NCBI RefSeq assembly: GCF_009914755.1
Contig: NC_060939.1
Length of the DNA stretch: 64,000 nucleotides
Source: the human T2T-CHM13v2.0 reference genome, Homo sapiens
Strand: one strand, 5' to 3'
This document shows, piece after piece, positions 40,915-55,773 of this stretch. The notes below the pieces were generated by a model. That model saw only the letters and a list, made by a program, of their open reading frames with translations. It was not told the DNA's origin and did no database searches. The position numbers and the translations under genes were made by a program. How positions within the stretch are numbered: the stretch's first letter is position 1; every line of letters begins with the position of its first letter.

Positions 40915-42430
40915 TATTTTTATTGATGTATAATTAACATTCAATAAAATGCACATAATATCCAGTTCAAGGAGTTCTGACAATTGTATACACTGTAACT
41001 TCTACCAAAATCAGATAGAAAACATTTTTTTTAAGTCACCCTAGAAAGTTCCCTCACCCACCTTCCTCCAAAGGCAATCACTTCCTGACTCCATAGATTT
41101 CTGACACTACAGAGATTTTTTGACTGGTCTTGGACTTCACATAAATGGAATCATACAGCATGTGCTTTTTTTGTGTTTGGCTTCTTTCATGTAAGAAAGA
41201 TTCATCTATGTTGTTGGCAAGTATCAGTGGTTTGTCCTTTTAAGTTGTTGAATAGTATTCCATTGTATGAATGTACCCCAATTTATATTTTCTCCTTGAT
41301 GGATATTTGGAATAAGATTGTTATGAACATACTTTTACAAGTTTCTTGATAAATACCTAGGAGCAGAGTTACTGAGTCATAGGGTATGTGTATGTTTAAC
41401 TTTATTAAAAATCTGCCAAACAGTTCTCCAAAGTGGTTTATACTGAGTTCTACTTGCTCCGTATTTTTAGTGTTGCCAATGTTTAGTATTGTCAGCCTTT
41501 TCAATTTTAGTCACACTACAGGATGTATGGTTGTACCTCATTATGGTTTTAATTTACATTTTTCTGATGATTAAGAATGTTGAGTGCTTTATCATATGTT
41601 AATTGGCTATGCAGTATCTTTTTTTGTGAATTGTTTGTTCAAGTCTTACCTAGTCTTTCATTGGGTCATTCATCTTTTTATTGTTTGTAGGAGCTCTTTA
41701 TATATTCAAGGTACAAGTTCTTTGTCACATATAGAGATAGATGTGTTGACAGTTTTTTTTTATACAGTCTGTCCCTTGTCTACTTTCTCAATGATATTGT
41801 GATGAGCAGAAATTTTTAATTTTTATAAAGTCTGTTTTATCAATTTTTTGTATTATGGCTAGTGTTTTTTGTCCTGACCAATAAATTTTTACCAGTGCCC
41901 AGGATTGCAAAGAAAGCTTTTTCTTCTAGAAACTTTATTTTTCTAAGTTTTTCATTTGAGTCTGTGATTGATCTCAAAGTAATTATTATTGTGTTATGAT
42001 ATAAGATAGGAGTTTGGGTTCATTTTCCACCTGTATAGATATCTAGTTGTTCCAGCAACATAGGTTTAAGAAAAACTTCCCTTTCTCGGCCAGGCACAGT
42101 GGCTCACACCTGTAATCCCAGCGCTTTGGGAGACCAAGGCAGGCAGATCATTTGAGCCCAGGAGTTTGAGACCAGTCTGGGCAACATGACAAAACCACAT
42201 TTCTACTAAAAATACAAAAATTAGCCGGAAGTACTGGCATGCACCTATAATCCCAGCTACCTGGGGGGCTGAGGCAGGAGGATCATCTGAGGGAGGTGGA
42301 GGCTACAGTGAGTTGTTACCATGCCACTGCACTCCAGCCTGAGGGCCAGAGTAAGACCCTGTCTCAAGACAAAACAGAACACATCTCTTTTTTGTTTGTT
42401 TTTCTCCATTAGATTGACTTGGCATCTTAG
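40915..42430 (-). mobile_element. Old L1 (L1ME/MB-type) 3' part, antisense, interrupted by AluJ (42088-42378, +)
   Basis: CATAAATGGAATCATACAGCATGTG, TAGTATTCCATTGTATGAAT, CTCATTATGGTTTTAATTTACATTTTTCTGATGA, TCTAGTTGTTCCAGCA. Confidence 0.8.
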
Positions 42431-42837
42431 CGTGTCAGCTGAGCTACTTTGCATTTTAGTTGTGCTTATATTGTCAGTTTCTTAAGCACGGACCCTGACC
42501 TTAAAAATTAAATGTTTATGCTCCTCTTCCAGATTGGGACTTGACTGAGATTGATCCAGGGCTAGTTACCACGTATTTCCTGATGGAAGAATGTTAAGTA
42601 TGAATTTGAATTTTAAATGGCTTTTCTGTGGGTCGAGTTAATGGAGACAACCTCATTTTAGAAGCAATTGCATCTTCCTTATAAAATAGGCAGATGTTTA
42701 GAATGAAGGAGATGTAAGCAAGGAAAGATCACCTAGGACTCCAACATAGCAAGCTATAGGGAGCTTAATATTTCTTGTTTATTGGCTTGATCTAAATAGA
42801 TGCAATTATATATAAGCCATGTGTTTTAGTTTCCATC

Positions 42838-43147
42838 TTTTTCTGTTTTGTTTTGTTTTGAGACAAGGTCTCAATTTGTCACCCAGTTTGGAGTGCAGTA
42901 GTGTGATCTTGGCTCACTGCAGCCTCGACCTCCTGGGCTCAAGCAGTCCGTCAGCCTCAGCCTCTCAAGTATTAATAGCTGGGACTACAGGCATGCACCA
43001 CCATAACTGGCTAATTTTTGTATGTTTAGTAGAGATGGAGTTTCATCATGTTTCCCAGGCTGTCCTTGAACTCCTGAGCTCAAGCAAACTGCTCACCTTG
43101 GCATCCCAAAGTGCTGGGATTACAGGCGTGAGCCACCACACCCAGCC
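42838..43147 (-). mobile_element. AluJ
   Basis: Antisense Alu; TSD TTAGTTTCCAT. Confidence 0.9.
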
Positions 43148-43664
43148 TTAGTTTCCATGTTTCTACTCCATTGTCTATTCCAATCCTTTGTGATGCAATT
43201 TCTGAATTTGCCTTGGAACAATTTTTAGGGAGACAGTTTGGTTATTTTTTTCTTCTAAGTTTATTTGCTGATAATACACTAAGTTTTAAAAAGAATGTCA
43301 CCCCAACCTCATTATTCTTATGTAGCTATTTTTACTTTTCCTCATTTCTTTCCAGGCCTGATTCATTCTCATACATATTTTTATATGATTGTAATCATAG
43401 TGTGCATATTGTTTTTTGTTCAGAGATTGAGTTGTAACTAGTGAATGCTGTCTCCCTTAGGTAGATCACCCTTGTTAGTAAAGACAAAGATTAGAGATGG
43501 AGAAAAGACAACTGGGGACTTACCAGTGAGGAGTCTTGAATCCTAAAGCTTAACTAAAATAGAAGCAGAAAAAAGCTAAGATTTTCAAAGACAGGATTAC
43601 CTTTCTGTGGAAATGCAGGACAACTTTGGTTTCCTTATTCATTCCTTCCCCCTTTCTCTAACAT

Positions 43665-43975
43665 ATAACAGCTTTAGTGAGATATAATTCGCACACCATA
43701 CAATTCACCCATTTAAAGTGTACAGTTCAGTGGATTTTGCTACATTCAGAACTGTAGAACCATCACCACCATTTTAGAACATTTTCATCACACCAGAAAT
43801 AAACCCCTTACCATTAGCAGTTACTACCTAATTCCTCCCAATTCCCCCCTGGTCTCCCCCACCCAGCCCTAGGCAACCACTAATCTACTCTCTCTTAAGA
43901 TTTGCCTCTTCTGGACATCTCATATAAATGGAATCATATAATATGTCATATTTTGTGCCTGGCTTCTTTCACCCT
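43665..43975 (-). mobile_element. L1MB-type 3' end
   Basis: CAGCTTTAGTGAGATATAATTCGCACACCATACAATTCACCCATTTAAAGTGTACAGTTCAGTGG...CCCTAGGCAACCACTAATCTACT. Confidence 0.85.
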
Positions 43976-44000
43976 TATACTACTCTTAAGAATTCGTTTT

Positions 44001-44460
<460 letters not shown>

Positions 44461-46695
44461 CTACAAATAAACAGTTTCATATCTGGGCATAACTAAGCAT
44501 GAACATCATGATAAGTACATACAAGTGAACACAGTTCCTGAAGTGTCTGTGAGAAAGTGAATAAAAACATGGTAAACTAGAAGAAAATGAGGGCTGGGTT
44601 TGATATATATATATATATATAGACTTGTAGGTAAGAAGATTGTTGTATTTCCTTAACCATAGCATAGCAATTCTTCTGAGCAGGATATTATTAGTGATAC
44701 TTATACAGTAGGGGATTTCCATCCATGTGGAAAATTACAGCCAACAAAATATTTTCATTCCCTGGGTGTGGTGGTAAAACTTTGATGAGGAGTTAAGGAA
44801 TATTCAGAAGAAGCCCCTCAAATGTATATGAGTCTGGCTTATATTCAGGCAGCCCTTACCCTGAGGCAAACGTGACAAGATATGATACAACCCCCAAGAT
44901 TTATTTTCATTCATGGTGGGCTATAATTAACCCAGGTTAATACTCTTAGGGAACTATTCTTTTTTTTTTTTTTCCTCTTTAATGTGCCCACTTGAGTGCT
45001 AGACCAGCTGAGGAGTTGGGGGTCTAATTTCACTGGAAATAGCAATAAATATGTGATGATTTCAAAGTCATGCCCACCCCACTTTTGTTTTTCTCCTGTT
45101 GTCCCTAAGATTTACAGTTTCTTGGTGAAAAATTACAGAACCCTACACAGAAATGGACCAAGGCAGATGTGTAGGATTTCACCTCTGCAAGGCCTTCGGG
45201 GCAGGTGGGCTCTTCTGTTAGTCCTCAGCACACCCTCTGTGCTTGCCTTTCCTCTGCCACTTTTCTTGAACCCCCATTATTATTCCTTGTCAAGTCATCT
45301 CACTTCCTGCTTTCCTTAGACATTGGCCAGCATTCCAAGTGATATAGTGTGCCCTCCACCAGAGAATAGCTGGCACTGCTTTAAGCCCCTTAGCCTTCCC
45401 TCCTACCTCAGAAGAAACTGTTTCCTCTTTTCTTCTCCCACTGCCTGAATCTGGTATAGCACACAAGGGGAGCCTCTGCAGAAATGTTACTTGAACTGGT
45501 CCCTGAAAGATGTGAAAGGATTTGAACATGAGAAAGAGTGCAAAAGGACATTTCCTGTGTAATGAACCATGTGATGTAAGGGCTGCAGGCGGAAGAGCAT
45601 GGAGGCGTACTTACTTCTGTGTAACACAGGGTGTGTGAAGATCGCTCCTTTCCCTTTACTTTTCTTCTTCTTGCCCTGGATTCCCTCCCAGCTCCAACCT
45701 TTTTCAGCCTGTGCTTTGATCTCTTTGTTTAGTATATACTTCTCCACTCCTCTCTGTGTAGCTAATTCTGTCCCTCCCTGACCACCCACAGTGATCTCTG
45801 AATTTCTGTACACTAATAGCCAGTACCATTCTTTTGGCAGTTAATTATATATTTTCTTGAAAAAAACAAAAAGCACTTTATGTGCATGTCTCATTTTCCC
45901 AAATAGAGTATGTTAGTCAAGGTGTTTAGGTCTCCGGGAACACAAACCCACTTAAGCTATCTTGCTAGATGGTATGGTGGCAGAGCTGGGAGTTGTACTG
46001 CATTACTATTGTAAGGCTGCTGAGGTCCGTGAAATGACCTACCACTGGTACCCAGAGCAGACACTTTGAAAGTCTCTGTCCTCTCTCTGCTTGTAGGGCT
46101 CTCTTTGGCTTCTTTCTGTGCCTCTGCTCCATTTTAGGACATTAATTTTAATTTTTAAAAAATAGTATGCATTACTGTGTAATTTATCTTGATTGCTGAG
46201 CTTTTTTGCACCCTATTAAATACTGAGACACCCTGAGGCAGGTGCCTCCTTTACTTTTTCCCTGTAGCCCCAGCCCTGCTTCATTCTCTTCCCTGCAGAC
46301 TGACCTTCTGTGCTTTCCCCTTAGCTTCAGCTTCAAGGTGACTAGCTTGTTATGGTAGTGCCTCCAGACTTGGTGATACCTTATGTCTCAACTTGAGTTT
46401 TGTCTCCCAGCTTTCCAGATTTCTGGAGAAGAATTGAATTTGATCCGTCCTGGTTAGATTGAGAGTGGTGACCCCTGTACCAAACAGCTGTGAAAGATGT
46501 GGCTTTGTTATGTTGTTTCTTTGGCTGTATATTTCACAGGGACTGGAATAAGGGGTGGGTCCCCCCACACAAGGAGGTTTGGGGTTGTTCATCTCAAAAC
46601 ATGCTTATTTTGATGTCAGAAGGAAGTGACCATGCCTTCTCTTTTTTGGTATGTTCCCTGCATCTGGCAGATTGACAGCTAAGAAATAGGTGTAT

Positions 46696-46698
<3 letters not shown>

Positions 46699-46737
<39 letters not shown>

Positions 46738-47030
46738 CCATTTTGTTTGAGACTGGGTCTCACTCTGTTGCCTAGGCTGGAGTGCAGGTGTGATCATAGG
46801 TCCCTGCAACCTCCGCCTCCCAGGCTCAAGCAATCCTCCCACCTTAGCTGCCCAAGTAGCTGGAACTAAAGGCACGTACCACCATGCCTGGCTAATTTTT
46901 TGTAATTTTTATAGAGATGGGGTCTCTTTATGTTACCCAGGCTAGTCTCAAACTCCTGGGCTCAAGCAGTCCTCCTGCCTTGGCCTCCCAAATTGCTGGG
47001 ATTACAGAGGTGAGCCACCACACTCAGTCT
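46699..47030 (-). mobile_element. AluJ with T39 homopolymer
   Basis: Antisense Alu; pure T run 46699-46737. Confidence 0.9.
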
Positions 47031-47115
47031 TCTCTTATTTGGTGTCTATTTATTCCTATGACTTGCCATTTGACCATTAGGATTAACTTTTAGGTATAAT
47101 AGTCAATTCAGAGCA

Positions 47116-47280
47116 ATTTTTTTTTTCGAGACAGGCTTTCGCTGTCATCCAGGCTGGCGTGCAGGTGTGATCATAGCTCACTGCAGCCTTGAACTCCTGA
47201 GCTCAAACAATCCTCCTGCCTCAGTCTCCCAAGTAGCTGGGACTACAATTTGTACACCACCACACCTGGCTAATTTTTCT
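47116..47280 (-). mobile_element. Alu right-arm fragment (J/FRAM-like)
   Basis: Antisense single arm. Confidence 0.8.
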
Positions 47281-47954
47281 AGTGAGCAATATTTTTAATA
47301 CTTAAAATGAATTACTAAAATTTGTGTTATCATTTGGAAATTTTCTAATTTTATAGCAGATTAAATATTTTTTAAACATTTCTTTTTGGAATTTGTTTCT
47401 CAGTTCAGAAAGAATAGGGGAGTAGAATATTGATAATCAAAGAGTGACAATACAGTACAACTTTACTGACTCCGCTCCCAGCCCCATTAGGATATGATAA
47501 AACCAAGTTCTCACATCATTGACCTCAATGCTTACTGAGTCCCCTTATATTACTTTATTTTATGTTAATTTAGTGTCTACCATGTTGCAGGCACTATATT
47601 AGGGGCTGATAATGTAAAAATAGGTCCTTGCCCTCAAAGTGCTCACAATCTATGGTGGAAATAGATTGTGGTCTCTCTGTCAGAGACATGGAGACTGATT
47701 ATGGTCTGGTGAGATAAATATTGATAGAAGTGTGGGCAAAGTGGTGGGCTAGCACCTCTCTTCTATTGTTTTCTTTGTGTACATCGATCTCTCACTCTTC
47801 TGTATTCTCTTTAGTCTCCAACTCTCTCAGTCTCTGCGCTTAATTGCTTATGTTATGTGGATCAGAGTATAGTATGAATAATATCTCATTTACTTAATGT
47901 GAACTAATGAAGTGTTCCTTAAAAATGAAGATAATATTTAATGAAGATAATGAC

Positions 47955-48150
47955 TATTAGCTAACATTGATCACATGCTCTGTGTTAGGTACTGTTCTAA
48001 GTGATGTATATATGTTATCCTCATTTAACAAATTAACATATCAATCCCATGAGATGGTTACTCTTATTATTCTTATTTTACGGATGAGAAAACAGAGGGA
48101 CAAAACAATAGTTCAATATCTTGCCCAAGGTTATAAAGTTAGCAAGAAGT
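47955..48150 (-). mobile_element. MIR
   Basis: TAGCTAACATTGA...GTGTTAGGTACTGTTCTAAGTG...ATTTTACGGATGAGAAAACAGAGG...TTGCCCAAGGT. Confidence 0.8.
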
Positions 48151-48542
48151 TGAAATCTTTTTTGTAAGTTATTTTAAATGTCATTTTTAAAATAAGATGT
48201 ATTATAATAATTTCTCCTGCCCTTCTTAAATGGAGTCCCTGATGCTTAATTTAGCCAAAATGATGTGGGAAATATCGACTTTAGAATTCATTTTTTTGCA
48301 TCATTTATTGTACCGTGCTATTGAATTGCCTTCTGAGATTGTTGACGTTTATAGGCTCTTAGAAACTGCATTAAATTGTCCCACACTTTTGTGTTTTGGT
48401 TACTTGGTAGCTTTTCCTTTTCTTTTATCTCCAGCTGTGGCTTCTTGCTATCACCTAATATCACTTAATTTACTTCTGTTAATGTGTAGTGTCTAGTATC
48501 ATAAAACTAAAAACATGGCAAAAATTGAGTATTTTTTAGAGG

Positions 48543-48740
48543 AAGTGTGATATTGTGTAAAACGTATGGCTTTTAGGGTCAGGTTCAAATCTCACATCCA
48601 CTACTGAAAAGTACATATCCTTGAGCAGGCTCTTAGCCTTTCTGAGCTTCAGTTTCTTCATCTGTAAATTGGAGATAGAACTATTTTGCAAGGTTATTAT
48701 GAGGAGATGTGTATGATAAAGTGCCTGGCATATAACAGGT
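48543..48740 (+). mobile_element. MIR
   Basis: GGTTCAAATCTC...CTTTCTGAGCTTCAGTTTCTTCATCTGTAAATTGGAG...GTGCCTGGCATATAACAGG. Confidence 0.8.
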
Positions 48741-49327
48741 ATACAAACAAAAATTGATTCCTTTCTTTTTCACTTCATTATAATATGATATGGGACATGA
48801 TCCCTTTATTCTGAGAGACTAAAGTAAAAAATGAAAGAAATGTTTTCCTATGATGTAATTAAGATATAACCAGTTTTATTCTATCACTAAAGGTAATAAT
48901 TGATAGTTGTTGTCATAAGTATTAATTTCAGATATATTATCCTGAACTCCTGTTTTGGGTCCTTCTAAGCTCTCAGCAACCTCCTCTCTTTTCCTGCATT
49001 ATTTTCTTTTACTTGTATGTGGCTCCCTTGATTTCCCTCATTTGATATTAAAGGAAAAATGTCCTTTAGCCCCCTTCTAAAGAACCTATCCCAAAGCAGA
49101 CCTTATGTCCTGGAGACTGTGAACCAAGCTTCTTGGCCAATAGCAATGATTTCTAAGACTTCCCTTCTTTCATCAGTTCTGCTTTCTTCAGTTATCACCA
49201 GTCTTAAGTATTAATTTGTTTTTCTTTCTGCCTCCACCCACTCCCATTTCTTCTTTCTCTGAAACTATCCCCAATCGCCACTAGCTGTATGGTTCTCATT
49301 ATTTCAGTAGTTTTTTATGGTTTGGAG

Positions 49328-49704
<377 letters not shown>

Positions 49705-52700
49705 TAGTGAACTCTCCTGTCTTAACATCATGAGGCATTTCTGCTTCTGTGCCAGAGGTTTTGTGCCTGCTATCTTGAAACTGCCAATTAAAACCTAGTG
49801 AATACCCCTCTCCCCTCACTTTACTGGACTGCATGCTGCTTCTCCATAGGCGAATACCCTAGCTCATGTCACCAGATTACTTTTTTAAAAAACAATTTTA
49901 TCAAGGCATAATTTATATACCGTCAACTTTACGTATACAGCTTGATGATACCAAATTACTTTTCCTAGCAAGCCCTCTTCAGTGCTGTCTGTGGTGTGTA
50001 AGTCATCTTGCCCTTTCTCTTTGTGTTCCAAAAATTGCTTATGGTGGGTTGTGTGGATGTTGATTGTGGCTGCTGTGTGGTTACTTACAAGTGCCCTGTC
50101 TGTTGGTTATTTTTCAGCTATTCATTCTGAATATCATAGTACTTCATTAGGCATGAGGTTTTCTACATTTAGGGCCTAAGGTCAAGGTAGTGGGGCAGTG
50201 TCATTTTCTTGAAGAATTGACTCTCTTTTGCCCTACTATTGACTGAGTTCGTGCTTTTATCCCACCTCATGAGAATTATACCCTAACTCCAGGAGTTACC
50301 AAATCTCTTTTTGAGTGGTATTACATTCCCCACCTCCCTCATGAAGTACAAAATACATTATGCAAATTTTAGGCCTTGTGCCTCTTGAAAAACCTATTGT
50401 AACTACTACTCCCTTTCAATCTGAAAATTAATCATGATAATAAAGCTTGATGTATCTCCAGGCCCCTGACGTTGATTAGAGTAATACCAGTGGTATCTCT
50501 AAGTCAGAAGTGTGCTGTGTCTCTGAAGGTGCATATAAATGCCTTCACCATGTAAGAGTGAGGCATGGTCCATTGAGGAGCATTCATTCTTACCAGCTGG
50601 GGCACCGTACTCATGACTCAGTGGTGAGCAATGGGGCTAGATGGTATGCCATACCTGGAGCACTGCTGATCTTGAGAGGAGGAAAAAGAGTAGTCAGAGT
50701 TGGAAGAGCTAGAAAGGCTTTGGAGAGGACAGACTTCAGCTAGTCTTTGAATTGTGCAGCGTGTGGATAAGATAGAGAGGTGAAATTCGGGCCTGGGGTA
50801 AAAAGGATTGTTTAAGAAGAGTGACATCATTGTGGGAAACAAATGAGGCGGCCAGCTGAAGATGAACTTTGGATATCTGTGAGGCCCTGAGGAATCTAGC
50901 CTGATTAAAGCAGAGGATTCCTAGTGATTCTTAGAGCAAGTAGGAAGGGGAGTTTTATCAAAATCACCCGAGAAACTGTCAAACTACAAACACCTAACAA
51001 GAAACATTTCTAAGTAAAGGAGTAAAATGTTAAAAGCAGTGTTTTAGGTGACTGTAGGCAAGATACAGATGTTAGAGCAGGAAAACAGGAGCTTAGAGTC
51101 AGTTTGCTTGTCTAGAGCCTGGTCTGACAGAGGGCTTAGTAAAGCAGTATTTTTTACTTCCTCTTTTTATGAGGTTCCAGAAGTTTCTCTAGGTCTTAGA
51201 ACCTTTCCTGGGAAGGGGCAGGGCTCAGAGACATAGGGCTTTGAAGAGCCTGCATAGGACTTTAGAAAGTTGTTTCTCTTGATGTTTCCTTAGGGAAAAG
51301 GTTTTGAGAAAACATACCCCAAAACTGCCCTCAATCCCAGTTTCAGGATTTCAATTAAATAGGGCCTTTGGTCCAAAGCTGTGGAACTTGGGAGAATATA
51401 TAATTACATATTTCTTAAAATGAGCTTTGCTATTGGTTTCGCAGATTGCTAGTTTTTTTTTTTTAATAGCATTCTGAAATTCTAATATGACTGTATGATG
51501 GCCGATGGTTCTTATTTTGTTTTTTCTACCAAAGCACTTCTTGCTGTTACCTGAGTGTGGCATGCATAATTCTAAAGTCAGGGATAATATTTGTTATTTT
51601 TTCATATGCAGCATCAAACTGCAACAAATGATTGAATTGTCCTTTAAATTAAAAAAAATCAATAAATGCACATGGTACAAAACTCCTGGGGTCCTCCTGG
51701 ATATATAGCAAACACTGAGTGAACCCTCTCCCTTGTATTCTCAGCTAACTAGTTTATCTCTGGTTCTTGTGGATCCTTCCAGAGTTATTCTCAAGCACTT
51801 ATTTTTAAAAGTTGATTGTTTAGATTTGGAAGGACCTTGGAGGTCTTTTGTTAACCAGTAGACTTTCTTGAGGTACTAGAAAAAAGTGGGTCACAGTTGA
51901 GGAATAGATGTAAATGAATGATGGGGGGAGGAAAACCCTCCGAAACTCCTTAAAATATCACCTTCTGCGGTTAAAGCCTTTATGAAACCTGTTTCCCAAA
52001 GGCCTCTTTCCTAAATTCCAAGTCAATTTTTCTAACCTATTTTTTCTTATTCTGAAGTCTTTTTTCTAATATCTTTCAGTACTGTTCTCCTCTTGAGAGT
52101 CTTGGTTATAAAATTTAATTAAAGAGAGGCAGTAGTTAAATACTGTTAAATTTATTTTAATAAGAGGAAAGGAAATAAAGACCAAGGCAGAAATGAATGT
52201 GCTACTTTAGTATTCTTACTACATTGACAGAATTTATATTTAATTTTGTGATTGAATCTTTTTTGCATTAATTCCTATGATTTATGATTTGTAGGGAATT
52301 CATGTTTTCATGGAAACATGTCTAACTTTATTATGGAAATCAATGTGAAAATAGAAAATTAGCTGTATAAGTTTGCTTTATTTGGTGAGTTTTCAGGAAA
52401 GCATTTATTAATACGGTCATACTACTGTTAACTTTTTTTTCCCCTCTACTACTTAACAACATTGGCTCATGCTTGACTTCATTATTTACTTTGTTCATTT
52501 TTTAAGTCTATCTGGTTCTTGTTTTTCAAGTCACTTTCCTGCAGTATTTCAGCTTTTGTATGTACATATCTAGCATGATTCAGCTTTCATATTTTTCCTT
52601 TTTACTTATACATTGTTCACCTTGGCAGTGATGAGGGCAAGTCAGTATTTTTTTCCCCCAAGATTGGGTTAAATGGTGTTTCCTTAAAATCATAGACAAT

Positions 52701-53033
52701 TAGAATTAGAAGAGACCTGAGTCCATCAGGCTCAGGGATGAAATGACTAGGTTTCAACCTTTGCCAAGTCTCATCTACTGGTAGTAGCTGCCTAAGGACT
52801 GAGGGAGGATCTGTGCTCAGTGAAAAAAAGGCTGTTTGATTTGCCGTGTTTGTCATGGACGTGGAAGAGCCACCTGTCAGAACCAGGACTATATTTTAGC
52901 TATTCTTCATCTAGCCCAGGAAACTAAGAAGAGATTAAAGTCAGAACCCCTAAGTCCATAGATCCGCTCACCCTCAGTCTGATGCTGGGAGCTAACTAAG
53001 TGCTAGACTTTTTCTCCTGAAGAATTTTGGTTC

Positions 53034-53318
<285 letters not shown>

Positions 53319-53593
53319 AGGAAAGAATTTTGGTTTCCTCTGGGTTTTGTTTGTTTTTCCTCCTCTGGTGATAATTGAATCCTATTAATTACATAGGTTT
53401 GTCACAGTTTGTTATAGAGCTTGGAGAAGGACTTCGGAGTAATCAATCAAGGAGTCAGAAGGTACAGAAAATTCTCCTTATTCTAGCAAAGAAAGGGAGC
53501 TTCAGTTATATAATCTAGCTAAAATTAAAAACTTTTAAAAATCTATTTTTAAGACTGAAGATTTTTCCATTAAAATTTAAAAGTACACTACTG

Positions 53594-53912
53594 ACTGAGC
53601 GCAGTGGCTCACACCTGTTATCCCAGCACTTTGGGAGGCAGAGGCAGATGGATTACTTGAGCCCAGGAGTTTGAGACCAGCCTGGGCAACATGGTAAAAC
53701 CCCATTTCTACAAAAAAAAAAAAAAAAATACAAAAATAAAAATTAGCCAGACATAGTGGCACGCACCTATTTTCCCAGCTACTTGAGAGGCTGAAGTGGG
53801 AGGATTGCTTGAGCCCGGGAGTTTGAGGCTGCCATGAGCCATGTTCATGCCACTACACTTTAGCCTGGGTAACAGGCTCAAAACAAAACAAAACAAAACA
53901 AAACAAAAAACA
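53594..53912 (+). mobile_element. AluJ with (AAAAC)n tail
   Basis: Dimeric Alu with expanded middle A tract. Confidence 0.88.
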
Positions 53913-55196
53913 AATCTAGTTTGAAGCCCAGGAAATTTGGAAGGATTGAAACTGAGGAAAAATAATACCTTTTGTTCACTGCGTAACATTCAACTTGCTC
54001 TCAGCATGATTTCTTTTAGACCTGGCCTAGTTTATTTTAGGTTTTATGTGTTCTTCAATGCTTACTAACTTGGTGGATTAAGAAAATTCTTGCAAGAGGA
54101 AAAATGAGTCATGGTGATACTTCCCTTTGGGGGAGAGAAAGAAAACTCTCAGATTAATCTCACCATTATGCACTTGGCATGGATTCAGCATTTTGATTGA
54201 TGGCTGAGCATTGATAAATCTTTCCCTGTAAGCCACTTCATATCATATTTGGTTTTGTTCACAGTAGGACTGGTAGAAGTCTCTTTTTCAGTTAACCAGC
54301 AGAGATAAAGAACTCTGTAACCTTATTACCGTCAGAGACTTGTTCGTATGATGTCATTTCTTTTTTTTGAAGATATTTTGAGTTTGCAACAACTGGGAAA
54401 AAACATTTCCCAGTCTACCCAGTCTATTAAACAAACAAACCAAAAAATTAAAAACTGAAAAACATTTGGTGCTGAGAAACTGGGTATGCTAAGGGTGTGG
54501 CTATTTTGGCATCCATCTTTGGTATGCACAGAGTGGGTTCCTCTTTGACCTTGCCCTGTGTCTCTGATGCTGCAGCTCCACTAAGAAGAAGAAAAAGGGG
54601 AGGTGGGACAGAACTGGGAGCTGGTTTGCTACTATTCGTCAGAAAAGGAAGTGGGGCACCTACAAGAGAGCCACGAAGTCTCTCAGCAGGGTCTTGTTGA
54701 AAGATTGTTTTTGAAGTGGTATGAATAACCTGTCAAGTATTTTCTTGTAATAATCACAGAACTAATCTGGCTACTTTCTACTTTAAGGTAGTCCTCCGTG
54801 ATCTGCTTCTAATTACATCTCTTCTTTATTCTAGCCCTAACAAGTTTTTCTGCACTGCCTTCAGATTTCAAACTATTTTCTCTGCAATCTATAAATTTCA
54901 TTTTTTAAAATGCAAGATGGCATTGGTAGCAATGGCAGGAAAGACAGGGCTACTTAGGTTGATTAGTTTCCATGGGACTTTTACACAGAATAATCAACCA
55001 CTATTTTTTCAACTACTGTGTGCAAAGCAGCTATCTCACTGAGCTGTGCTAATATCTGAGTCAACAAACCGTAGCATCCCCAAAACGCCACAAAAATTAT
55101 TAAAATACTGTCTTTTAAGCTTCATTATATAGAAGAATCAGTGAACCAAACAAAAGGATAAATTTAGCATCCAGTATATTTCCTTTAAAAAAGTCT

Positions 55197-55305
55197 TAGA
55201 CAGGCATGGTGGCTCACGTTTATAATTCCAGCACTTTGAGGGTCTGAAGCAGGAGGATCACTTGAAGCCAAGAGACCAGTCTGGGCAAAGCAAGACCCCA
55301 TCTCT
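55197..55305 (+). mobile_element. Alu left monomer fragment
   Basis: CAGGCATGGTGGCTCACG...CAAGACCCCATCTCT. Confidence 0.75.
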
Positions 55306-55419
55306 ATCCTCCTCCATTTGCTATCAAAGTAATATACGTTATATACAACTAAAATAAAATGGGCATTTTTTAGAAGGTAAATATGTGTGCCAATACAGTG
55401 CTTTGAGCGTGGTGGGTAT

Positions 55420-55773
55420 TGCTACGGTTTGAATGTCTGTACCTTCCTAAAATTCATATGCTGAAACCTAATCACCAATATGATGGTATTAGGAGGTGGG
55501 GCCTTTGAGAGGTGAGTAGGTCGTGAGGATAGAGCCTTCATGAGTAGGATTCATGCCATTATAAAAGAGGCCCTAGAGAGCTGCCTTGCATTTCCATCAT
55601 TTCAGGACACAGCTCCATCTGTGAATCAGAAAGTGGGCTCGCACCTGACTCTGAATCTGCTGGTGTCTTATTGGACTTCTCAGCCTCTGGAAATTGTGAG
55701 AAATAAATTGCTGTGGTTTACAAGCTACCTAGTTTATGGTATTTTGTTATAGCAGCCTAAATGGGCTAAGACA
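55420..55773 (+). mobile_element. ERVL-MaLR solo LTR (MLT1A-like)
   Basis: TGCTACGGTTTGAATGTC...GGTATTAGGAGGTGGGGCCTTTG...GTGAGAAATAAATTGCTG...GTTATAGCAGCCTAAATGGGCTAAGACA. Confidence 0.85.

Noticed and set aside
54448-54729. 94-codon stop-free minus-strand frame (VIHTTSKTIFQQDPAERLRG...) after a CAG
   Set aside because: No early ATG, poor pyrimidine tract, no recognisable protein similarity; tBLASTn or PhyloCSF would be needed to revive it
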